Made by a program: the position numbers and the translations under genes. Of a DNA stretch of 54,441 nt, positions 43,718 to 51,493 are shown in pieces. Where the stretch lies: the NCBI GenBank assembly GCA_024640135.1, contig JAHEFO010000003.1, positions 1-54,441 of the forward strand, read 5' to 3'. The notes under the pieces were generated by a model. The model saw nothing but the letters and a program-made list of their open reading frames with translations, made no database searches and was not told where the DNA came from. This stretch comes from Acidobacteriota bacterium (GTDB lineage: Bacteria; Acidobacteriota; Vicinamibacteria; Vicinamibacterales; SCN-69-37). Position 1 is the stretch's first letter; every line of letters begins with the position of its first letter.

Positions 43718-44746
43718 TCAGCGCTCCTGGCGCGGCCGCTTACGCAGTCGCGCGAAAAAGGGGCCGGACCGGACGCGACCCCAGAGCAGGACGTCGAGGT
43801 ACATCAGGCCCGTCATCGCCCGCGTCGCCCAATACAGCGGTCCGCGCCGGCGCAGCCGGGCCTTGGCGTGAGCCCTGGCCTCACGCACGGCGGCGCCCTG
43901 GTCGTTGCCGCGGCGCGCCATCAGTCGCTCGGCCATGCGCATCAGGATGTTCTCGGCGAATGCGCCGATGATCGGCGTGTAGTACGTGATGCGCTCGACA
44001 TCGAAACCGGCGGCGAAGGCCACACGAATGAGGTCGTCGTGGTCTGCAATGGGATTGAGATGATCCGACTTCCGCAGCCGTTCGGTTCTCAGGTCGATCA
44101 AGCCGAGGCGTTCCAGTCCGTGGGCCAGGCGATTGACGAGCCTGACACCCAGCGCGAGCGGGCCGTTCTTACGGACGTGCGTGTAGATGAACAGCGCACC
44201 GTCATCCGTCAGCACTCGACTGGCCTCGGACAGCATGTCGTGCAGGGCCTGCGGTGACAGATGCTCGAGCACGTCGAGCGACCACGCCTTGTTGAACGCT
44301 TCGTCCGCCAGGGGCAGGCGCCGGAGGTCGCCCAGGAGAAGATCGCATTCGTCCAGGGCCTCTTTGGCGAAGAAGGCGCTGATGTCGATACCGGTGAACG
44401 ACGCGCCCGTGTCGCGATTCCAGATCATCGCGCGGCCGCTGCCACATCCGAGGTCCACGACGCGATCGCCAGGCGCGAGGTCCAGGAACGCGCGCAGTTG
44501 GTCGTTCCGGATCTTCGATCCCAGCAGCGGAGGGCCGACGGTTTCGTGGCGCGCGTCGACGTGCAGCGCCTCATCGAGATACTTGGTCTGTTCCTGAAAC
44601 GCCTCCAGAGGACGCAGATCCAGGTAGCCACTCGCGTCAGTAAATGTCCGTTGGCATCTGGGACACACGGCGCCAGCCGGCTGAGGCGTGAGGGCCACGG
44701 CGCATTCGGGACACCGGGCGACCGTGAAGAGTGATGCCGAAATCAT
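43718..44746 (-). CDS. Class I SAM-dependent methyltransferase with N-terminal zinc ribbon
   Basis: I trimmed the start to MISASLF (ATGA overlap). CPECAVALTPQPAGAVCPRCQ forms a CxxC...CxxC ribbon. SAM motif I is VVDLGCGSG. DVLEHL is also present. A ~100-aa basic/hydrophobic C-terminal extension follows. Confidence 0.85.
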   Translation of the reverse strand: MISASLFTVARCPECAVALTPQPAGAVCPRCQRTFTDASGYLDLRPLEAFQEQTKYLDEALHVDARHETVGPPLLGSKIRNDQLRAFLDLAPGDRVVDLGCGSGRAMIWNRDTGASFTGIDISAFFAKEALDECDLLLGDLRRLPLADEAFNKAWSLDVLEHLSPQALHDMLSEASRVLTDDGALFIYTHVRKNGPLALGVRLVNRLAHGLERLGLIDLRTERLRKSDHLNPIADHDDLIRVAFAAGFDVERITYYTPIIGAFAENILMRMAERLMARRGNDQGAAVREARAHAKARLRRRGPLYWATRAMTGLMYLDVLLWGRVRSGPFFARLRKRPRQER

Positions 44747-45933
44747 GCTGACACCGCCGACGTGAAGGCCTCGTCGAGCCGCTCCGCCCGGCGGTCCCAG
44801 GTGTACTCCGCAGACAGGGCCCGCGCCGCCTGGCCCAGGCGGCGGCGGCGTGACGGATCCGACGCCAGGGTGGACAACGCCGCGGCCAGGGCCGTGGCAT
44901 CCCCGGGTGGGACCAGCCACGCCGTGACATCGTGCGTGACGATTTCGCGGATGGCCGGCAAGTTGGACGCGATGATCGCGCCGCCCTGCGCCAGGTACTC
45001 GAACAGCTTCAGTGGTGATGTGTAGCGTTCGGAGATGGCCGTGGCCGTGTTGGGGAGGACGAAAATGTCCGCCGTCCCGAGTGCCGCCGCCACGTCGGGC
45101 GGCGGCAGCAGCCCGGTGATCGTCAGTCGCGCGTTGAGTCCCAGCGACTGCGCCAGTGCCGTGACGCGCGCCAGGTCGGTTTCGCCAGGGTGGCCGCCGA
45201 CGATGACTCCGTCAACGTGTGGCGTGGCCGCGAGGGCCTGCAGGAATACATCCACGCCCTTCCACGGATACAGGTGACCGGCATAGGCGGCCCGCACGCG
45301 CGAGGCACGCGGGAGAGACGCGGCGCCGCTGGTTTCGAGATTCGCGCCGTCGGGCACCACAAACACGCGATCGCGGACGCCGTACCGAACGGCGAGGTCG
45401 TCGGCGAGAGTGCGGGTGATAGTCACGTAGGCGTCGGCGTGCTTCCACACGAGGGCTTCGCGGCGATCGAGTCTGGCGATCTTCCGCTGCGAGGGCACCG
45501 GCGCGGAGGCTCCGAGCAAGAGCGGCATCGAGGCACTGACGATGGGGGCGATGCCGTGCGATTCATAGACCAGTCGTGGCCTCCGGGTCGCGGGCAGGCG
45601 CGCGAGCAGGGCGGCCAGACCGAGGTCGCGCGTGTAGATCACGTCAACGTCGGTCCCGAGGGCGCGCCTGAGTGCGGTCCAGAGCATCTGAACGCGACGG
45701 CCCGTGGTGCCTCCCGATGCGGGCACCGTCTCGATGACCAGTGCCGGCGTCGCCGGCACGCCGTAGAACTGAAACGGATCACGGGCAGGTTCCACCGAAT
45801 CAGGCCGGACGAGCAGGGTGACCTGATGCCCGCGCGCCGCCAGCGCCCGGCACGTCGCCATTGTCTGCACACCGTTGGCGCGCTCGATCGGGAATCGGGT
45901 ATCGGCGAAGGACAGGAGTCGCAACGGCGTCAC
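44743..45933 (-). CDS. Glycosyltransferase family 4 (GT-B fold)
   Basis: LRLLSFADTRFPIERANGVQTMATCRALAARGHQVTLLV and ...SPLKLFEYLAQGGAIIASNLPAIRE. The start is uncertain: I chose GTG 45933 (TTG 45936 is adjacent). The track ORF extension to 46140 overlaps the upstream gene and is Arg/Pro-rich. Confidence 0.75.
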   Translation of the reverse strand: MTPLRLLSFADTRFPIERANGVQTMATCRALAARGHQVTLLVRPDSVEPARDPFQFYGVPATPALVIETVPASGGTTGRRVQMLWTALRRALGTDVDVIYTRDLGLAALLARLPATRRPRLVYESHGIAPIVSASMPLLLGASAPVPSQRKIARLDRREALVWKHADAYVTITRTLADDLAVRYGVRDRVFVVPDGANLETSGAASLPRASRVRAAYAGHLYPWKGVDVFLQALAATPHVDGVIVGGHPGETDLARVTALAQSLGLNARLTITGLLPPPDVAAALGTADIFVLPNTATAISERYTSPLKLFEYLAQGGAIIASNLPAIREIVTHDVTAWLVPPGDATALAAALSTLASDPSRRRRLGQAARALSAEYTWDRRAERLDEAFTSAVSA

Positions 45934-46039
45934 CAAAGGCTTCGCCGTATCTCGCGTGTCACCACCGCGCGGTGGCAGGCGAGGACCCGCGTCACAACGA
46001 CTGTGATCGTCTGGGCTCGGTGGGACAGGGAAAGAGATA

Positions 46040-47386
46040 TCACTGGCGTGGTTGACGGTAGAACGAGTCACGATCCACGAGGTACCGCCAGGCCAGCGAC
46101 GGCGCATCACGCGGCAACTCGACAAACGTCTGCCAAGCATTGTCTCTCAAAGTGAGTTGCTCGCGGTCCATTCGGTGAGTGCCGAATTGCAGGAGCAGCC
46201 CCAGGTTCCACCAGACACAGAGCCCGGTGAGGGTCCACATCAGGCGCCGCCAGCCGCGGCCCGACGGCATGGCCGCCGCCAGCCCCAGCACGAGGAGAGG
46301 GGTGAGCTCAACGAACCGCCGATGGCCGAAGGAGCCGGCGACCGTCCACGATTCCACGGCTCCGTTGATGTAGATTTGCAGCGCCACAATCGCCAGCGCG
46401 CAGCCCCCGAGCCACCGGCTGTCGTCGAGACGGGCTCGGACGCGTCCGGTGGCGAGTGCCAGCAGGCCGGCCAGGGACAGAATCGCGAGTGGCGTCCAGG
46501 CCAACCACCCGTGTCGAGGGTCCACGAGGACGCCGAACGCGTGAGGTGAGAGCCAGGACATCTTGTTCCCGATCGACTCGTGCGGGCCGAAGTGGCCGTT
46601 GACAGCGCGCGCCGCCAGCAACTGCGGTGTGTACGCCACGAGCGTCGCACACGTGCCCGCGATCGCCAGGCGACCGGCGCGACGCCAGTCCCGGCGGTCC
46701 AGCGCCCAGCGGCCGAAGTCCAGCGCCGGGCCAATCGCAAAGAGACCGGCCTGATCACGCATCGTCGCCATGAGTCCCACCGTGAGCCCGAGCACCACGA
46801 CGCCCCGAAGGGACCATGATTCGCGGACCCGGAGCCAGGTCCACAGGGAAAGCGCGACAGCGAACGTTGCGCAGGCATGTGAGAACGGCGGGGCCACGTA
46901 GATGTAGAAGAGCAACGGCGAGCCAGCGAGCACCGCCAGTGCGGCTCCCGTGCCGCGACCCAGCCAGCGATGCGCGATGGCCGCCGACAGGAGCACCGCG
47001 AGCCAGCCATAGAACGCCGACGCATAGGTGACGGCTGAGACATAGGGCTGGCTGTAGCCGTCCTGCGGCGCTCCCAGGATTCCTGCCGCCACGTGGCCGG
47101 CGCCGTAGAAGGGGGCCCAGAGCAGCGCGGGACCGATAGTGGCGAAGTTGAGACGACGGCCCGCGAGCGTATAGCGATCCCCCAGGAATGTCTCGTGGAA
47201 GCCGGGGCCGCCGGCGCCGGCCTCAAAGAAGTGCTGGTATTCGTTCTCGAAGCTGAGGTCGTGATCGAATGCCAGCGACCGCAGGAAGGCGAAGTACTCC
47301 ACCTCGTCGGACGCGTAGATGCGGGTCGTCACCGCCGGCAACGTGATGACGGCCAGGAGTCCGATTGCGAGGAGGCGCCTGGTCAT
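46040..47386 (-). CDS. GT-C-like putative glycosyltransferase, paralog C (no C-terminal domain)
   Basis: Same family as paralogs A and B: IYASDEVEYFAFLRSLAFDHD, IGPALLWAPFYGAGHVAAG. It has 448 aa, is multi-TM and ends soon after the last hydrophobic segment. Confidence 0.7.
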   Translation of the reverse strand: MTRRLLAIGLLAVITLPAVTTRIYASDEVEYFAFLRSLAFDHDLSFENEYQHFFEAGAGGPGFHETFLGDRYTLAGRRLNFATIGPALLWAPFYGAGHVAAGILGAPQDGYSQPYVSAVTYASAFYGWLAVLLSAAIAHRWLGRGTGAALAVLAGSPLLFYIYVAPPFSHACATFAVALSLWTWLRVRESWSLRGVVVLGLTVGLMATMRDQAGLFAIGPALDFGRWALDRRDWRRAGRLAIAGTCATLVAYTPQLLAARAVNGHFGPHESIGNKMSWLSPHAFGVLVDPRHGWLAWTPLAILSLAGLLALATGRVRARLDDSRWLGGCALAIVALQIYINGAVESWTVAGSFGHRRFVELTPLLVLGLAAAMPSGRGWRRLMWTLTGLCVWWNLGLLLQFGTHRMDREQLTLRDNAWQTFVELPRDAPSLAWRYLVDRDSFYRQPRQ

Positions 47387-48199
47387 TCACCGGCCCAGGC
47401 CGAGCGAGGCGGCCAGCGCCTGTTGGAGAACCTGTGCGGCGTTGAATCCGGCGTGGTTCGAGATGGACATCAGGATTGAGCCTCGGCGGATATACAGCGC
47501 GCCCCAGGCAAGACCGAGCAGGCCGATGGCCAGTGCAATGTCGCGGCCCTGGTCGAGGTGCAACAGGCCAAAGGCCAGTCCGAACACGAGGTTCCCGACC
47601 CACATTCCACCCAGGCTCTGACCAAAACGATGCAGGATGAATCCTCGCTGCAGTTCTTCGCGAACGCCTCCTGCCAGCACGACGACCACTGCGAAGATCG
47701 CGGTATCGAGCGGGTTGGTCATGAAGGCCGCCAGCGGATTCTCCCGGACGTTATTGAGTGAGGGCGCCAGGGCGCGCATGGCGAAGACCAGGCCCGTGAC
47801 CAGGACGAATGCGACTGGCACGAGCGCGAGTCCGCGCCCAATCTCTCCCAGGGGCCGTCGTCGTCCGAGAAACACGTCACGAGAATGTTCGCCACTGGCC
47901 ATCAGGAACACGCGAATAAGAAGGGCGATGAGCGCCGTGTCCAGGAAGCTGACGGTGGCGATAAACTCCAGCGACAATCCTCCGCTTGTCACCGGTGCCA
48001 TCCTTGCGCCCACGATCAGCGCAGTGGCGACAGCGATTTGAGTGGGAATGCCGCAGACGGCGATCGCCTGCAGCAGCGCGAAGTGCCAGGGCGGCGGATT
48101 TCCACGCGGACCGGCGGGTAGGACCAGGACGCCCGGTTCGTTCAGTTGTGCAGAATCGGCAGGGATCAGTGCCGGCTCTGCGTGCACGGAGTCGTCCAT
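47387..48199 (-). CDS. CPBP-family (CAAX/Abi-type) intramembrane glutamic endopeptidase
   Basis: Motifs GGVREELQRGFILHRF (EE...R), FGLLH (FxxxH) and SNHAGFN (HxxxN) sit in hydrophobic segments. The stop directly abuts the ATG of paralog C. Confidence 0.78.
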   Translation of the reverse strand: MDDSVHAEPALIPADSAQLNEPGVLVLPAGPRGNPPPWHFALLQAIAVCGIPTQIAVATALIVGARMAPVTSGGLSLEFIATVSFLDTALIALLIRVFLMASGEHSRDVFLGRRRPLGEIGRGLALVPVAFVLVTGLVFAMRALAPSLNNVRENPLAAFMTNPLDTAIFAVVVVLAGGVREELQRGFILHRFGQSLGGMWVGNLVFGLAFGLLHLDQGRDIALAIGLLGLAWGALYIRRGSILMSISNHAGFNAAQVLQQALAASLGLGR

Positions 48200-48244
48200 T
48201 CGGCATCACTGTATCAGTTCGATCTCGCAGTCCTTCGGCACTGG

Positions 48245-48282
48245 ACTTTCGTGATACTTTCGTTTTCTGGGATGCCGAAAGT
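48245..48282. repeat. Three copies of heptamer ACTTTCG (two direct with 11-bp phasing, one inverted)
   Basis: ACTTTCGT at 48245-48252 and 48256-48263. The inverted CGAAAGT is at 48276-48282. The flanks CCTTCGGCA / TGCCGAAAG are also near-complementary. The set lies 46-83 nt upstream of the CPBP start. Confidence 0.6.
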
Positions 48283-48354
48283 GAAGGGCCCAGGTTGGGA
48301 ACTGGGAGCCGAAAAATAGGGCAGGTGAAAGAAGGGCCCGTACTTGCGTGTGGA

Positions 48355-48402
48355 TCTCAAGATGTGGCGTCTTCAGGCCGGAACATCCCCCATATGTCGT
48401 GG
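48355..48402. promoter_or_regulatory. Candidate tandem NrdR boxes
   Basis: TCTCAAGATGTGGCGT (48355-48370) and CCCCCATATGTCGTGG (48387-48402) each keep the C.C.A.AT.T.G.G core of the 16-bp NrdR-box consensus acaCwAnATnTwGtgt. Centres are 32 bp apart, just upstream of a -35 element for nrdJ. Confidence 0.45.
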
Positions 48403-48410
48403 GTTCTGTC

Positions 48411-48439
48411 TTGACATCGCTACGAGTCGGGAGCATATT
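48411..48439 (+). promoter_or_regulatory. Sigma-70-type promoter candidate TTGACA-N17-CATATT
   Basis: A perfect -35 hexamer at 48411-48416, a 17-nt spacer, and a -10-like CATATT at 48434-48439. It would give nrdJ a leader of about 180 nt. Confidence 0.45.
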
Positions 48440-48628
48440 CGTGACCCGGCGTTGCAACAGCCGAATCGGTGCTTCCCAGCGTTCCGATCGTGACTTCTGC
48501 CTCCTCGTTGTTCACAGGAGGAGGGCTCCTGTTGCTGGCGTCGGTGAAGAGGCAGAGTCGTTGGTCGGGAAACACGACCGTATCCGGGGCGGATGCGGTG
48601 CTATGTACGAAAGATAAAGGTCAAAGAG

Positions 48629-51427
48629 ATGCAGACAGCCCAGAACACAGGAACCACAGTTGGAGGAGTCACCAGGACGTTTGGTCCGAGTGAGGCTGTG
48701 GAAGGACTCGAGTTTGAGCGGCACTTCAGTACGGACGGCGTGGATCCCTACGACGAAGTCGAGTGGGAACTTCGCGCGGCCGTGATCGCCAATGAGCGTG
48801 GCGAGCTGGTGTTCGAGCAACGAGACGTCGAGTTTCCGAAGTTCTGGTCGCAGCAGGCCACCAACATCGTGGTGTCGAAGTATTTCCGGGGTCAACTGGG
48901 GGCGCCGGATCGTGAGCGGTCCGTGAAGCAGTTGGTGGGCCGGGTGGTCGACACCATTACGCGGTGGGCACGCGAGCAGGGGTACTTCGCGTCGGAAGAC
49001 GATTTGCTGGCGTTCAGCGACGACCTGAAGCATCTGCTGGTGCATCAGAAGGGCGCGTTCAACAGCCCGGTGTGGTTCAACTGTGGGTTCGAGAAGGCGC
49101 CACAGTGCTCGGCGTGTTTCATCAACGCGGTGCAGGACACGATGGAGTCGATCCTCGGATTGGCGAAGACGGAGGGCATGCTCTTCAAGTTCGGGTCTGG
49201 CACGGGATCAAACCTGTCGGCGATCCGATCGTCGAAGGAAGTGCTGGCCGGTGGCGGCACGGCGTCCGGCCCGGTGTCGTTCATGAAGGGGTTTGACGCG
49301 TTTGCCGGGGTCATCAAGTCTGGCGGCAAGACGCGTCGCGCGGCGAAGATGGTGATTCTCAACGCCGAGCATCCCGACATTGAAGAATTCATCAACTGCA
49401 AGGTGGAGGAAGAGAAGAAGGCCTGGGCCCTGATTGACGCGGGGTACGACGGGTCGTTCACGGGTGTGGCGTATGGGTCGGTGTTCTTTCAGAACTCGAA
49501 CAACTCCGTGCGCGTGACCGACGAGTTCATGCGGGCGGTTCTGGATGACGGCGAATGGCAGACGCGCAGTGTGACCACCGGCGAGGTCGTTGCCACCTAC
49601 AGGGCCCGCGAACTGATGCGGCAGATTGCCGAAGGCACCTGGGTGTGCGGTGACCCCGGCATGCAGTTCGACACGACGGTCAATGACTGGCATACGTGTT
49701 CGAACACGGCCCGCATCAACGCGAGCAACCCGTGTTCCGAGTACATGTTCCTGGACGATTCGGCGTGCAATCTGGCGTCGATCAACCTGATGAAGTTTGT
49801 GGATGCGGATGGCGAGTTTGAGTCCGAGGCGTTCGAAGCCGCCTGCCGGACGTTCATTACCGCGCAGGAAATCCTGGTCGACAATTCCAGTTATCCGACT
49901 CCGGCGATCGGTCGGAACAGCCACGCGTATCGTCCGCTGGGTCTGGGGTATGCCAACCTGGGTGCGCTTCTGATGTCACGCGGCCTGCCCTACGACAGCG
50001 ATGCCGGCCGCGACTACGCGGCGGCCATCACGGCCGTGATGCACGGGGCGGCCTACGCGCAGAGCGCGCGCGTGGCGCGAGACCACGGGGGACCGTTCCC
50101 GGGCTACGAGAAGAACCGCGAGCCGATGCTGCGGGTCATGCGCAAGCACCGGTCGGCCATCAAGGACATCGACAAGACTCACGTGCCGCAGCGGCTGCTC
50201 GATCGTGCGCGGGAAATCTGGGACGAGTGCGTGGAATTGGGTGAAGCCCACGGCTACCGCAATGCTCAGGCCACCGTGCTGGCGCCGACTGGCACCATCG
50301 GTTTCATGATGGATTGTGACACCACGGGTGTGGAGCCGGACATCGCGCTGGTCAAGTACAAGAAGCTCGTCGGCGGCGGGATGATGAAGATCGTCAACGG
50401 CACGGTACCGATGGCGCTCACGAAGCTGGGGTATTCGCAGGCCCAAATCGCCGACATCCTTGCCTACATCGACGAAGAGGAGACGATCGAAGGCGCGCCG
50501 CATCTGAAGGACACTGACGTGGCGGTGTTCGATTGCGCTTTCAAGGCCATGAAGGGGACGCGCTCGATCCATTACATGGGCCACATCAAGATGATGGGCG
50601 CCGTACAGCCGTTCCTTTCCGGTGCCATCAGCAAGACGGTCAACGTGCCGAAGGCCGCGACGGTGGAGGACATCGAACAGGCGTACATCGACTCGTGGCG
50701 CATCGGGGCGAAGGCCGTGTCGATCTATCGCGATGGCAGCAAGCGCACCCAGCCGCTCAATACGTCGAAGGCCGCCGTGATGCGGGCCGGTGTGCTCGAA
50801 GAGGCGACCGAGGTCGCTCCGATGCCGGTGCGGCACAAGTTGCCCGACGAACGCCAGTCGATCACCCACAAGTTCGACATCGCGGGACACGAGGGGTACA
50901 TCACGGTCGGGCTCTATGAGGACGGATTGCCCGGTGAACTCTTTCTCACGATGGCGAAGGAAGGGTCGACGATTTCCGGCTTCGCCGATGCGTTTGCGCA
51001 GGCGATCAGCTACGCGCTTCAATACGGCGTGCCGTTGCAGGATCTGGTCGACAAGTTCAGCCATGTGCGCTTCGAGCCGGCCGGCATGACGAAGAATCCC
51101 GACGTGCGTTTCGCAAAGTCCATCGTTGATTACATCTTCCGGTGGATGGCCGCGAAATTCCTGTCGCCGGAAGCCCAGTACCGCGCAGGCGTCAACGTGC
51201 CCGAAGTCGTGACGACGCCCGAACAGTTGACCCTGGAGGTGGCCGCACTGGCGTCGCCGGCGGCCGCCGACACGGCGGCCGCGGCCGCGGCACCGGCCGG
51301 CGCAAAGTTCGCGGCGATACAGAACCAGGAAGACGCGCCGCCCTGCACCACCTGCGGCTCGATCATGGTGCGCTCGGGCGCGTGCTACAAGTGCGCGAAC
51401 TGCGGCACCACCTCGGGTTGCTCGTAG
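48629..51427 (+). CDS. nrdJ: Class II (adenosylcobalamin-dependent) ribonucleotide reductase
   Basis: Single long chain: FERHFSTDGVDPYDEVEWE, NSPVWFNCG, ACFI, NPCSEYMF (active-site Cys region), and a C-terminal Cys4 tail CTTCGSIMVRSGACYKCANCG. The start may be 48593 or 48629; I chose 48629. Confidence 0.9.
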   Translation: MQTAQNTGTTVGGVTRTFGPSEAVEGLEFERHFSTDGVDPYDEVEWELRAAVIANERGELVFEQRDVEFPKFWSQQATNIVVSKYFRGQLGAPDRERSVKQLVGRVVDTITRWAREQGYFASEDDLLAFSDDLKHLLVHQKGAFNSPVWFNCGFEKAPQCSACFINAVQDTMESILGLAKTEGMLFKFGSGTGSNLSAIRSSKEVLAGGGTASGPVSFMKGFDAFAGVIKSGGKTRRAAKMVILNAEHPDIEEFINCKVEEEKKAWALIDAGYDGSFTGVAYGSVFFQNSNNSVRVTDEFMRAVLDDGEWQTRSVTTGEVVATYRARELMRQIAEGTWVCGDPGMQFDTTVNDWHTCSNTARINASNPCSEYMFLDDSACNLASINLMKFVDADGEFESEAFEAACRTFITAQEILVDNSSYPTPAIGRNSHAYRPLGLGYANLGALLMSRGLPYDSDAGRDYAAAITAVMHGAAYAQSARVARDHGGPFPGYEKNREPMLRVMRKHRSAIKDIDKTHVPQRLLDRAREIWDECVELGEAHGYRNAQATVLAPTGTIGFMMDCDTTGVEPDIALVKYKKLVGGGMMKIVNGTVPMALTKLGYSQAQIADILAYIDEEETIEGAPHLKDTDVAVFDCAFKAMKGTRSIHYMGHIKMMGAVQPFLSGAISKTVNVPKAATVEDIEQAYIDSWRIGAKAVSIYRDGSKRTQPLNTSKAAVMRAGVLEEATEVAPMPVRHKLPDERQSITHKFDIAGHEGYITVGLYEDGLPGELFLTMAKEGSTISGFADAFAQAISYALQYGVPLQDLVDKFSHVRFEPAGMTKNPDVRFAKSIVDYIFRWMAAKFLSPEAQYRAGVNVPEVVTTPEQLTLEVAALASPAAADTAAAAAAPAGAKFAAIQNQEDAPPCTTCGSIMVRSGACYKCANCGTTSGCS

Positions 51428-51444
51428 GAGTACATCCCCGGTTC

Positions 51445-51470
51445 GGGGCGGGAGGCCATCCTCCCGCCCC
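51445..51470 (+). terminator. Perfect 11-bp GC hairpin downstream of nrdJ (no U-tract)
   Basis: GGGGCGGGAGG-ccat-CCTCCCGCCCC lies 18 nt after the nrdJ stop. It is followed by a C-rich tract rather than Ts, so it is not a canonical intrinsic terminator. Confidence 0.4.
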
Positions 51471-51475
51471 GGCCC

Positions 51476-51493
51476 GCCCCCGCCCCCGCCCCC
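51476..51493. repeat. Tandem hexamer (GCCCCC)x3 within a longer C-rich tract
   Basis: Read directly: gccccc gccccc gccccc, preceded by gcccc ggccc. The complementary strand carries at least 4 G-runs. Confidence 0.75.

Noticed and set aside
46240-47226. 328-aa same-strand alternative-frame ORF inside GT-C paralog C.
   Set aside because: It is Arg/Ser/Pro/Trp-rich with no TM pattern. The annotated frame gives a coherent polytopic protein homologous to paralogs A and B.
48440-48628. Cobalamin riboswitch upstream of the B12-dependent nrdJ.
   Set aside because: I could not find a B12-box-like element or the conserved core motifs by eye. I left it as an unclassified structured leader pending an Infernal scan.
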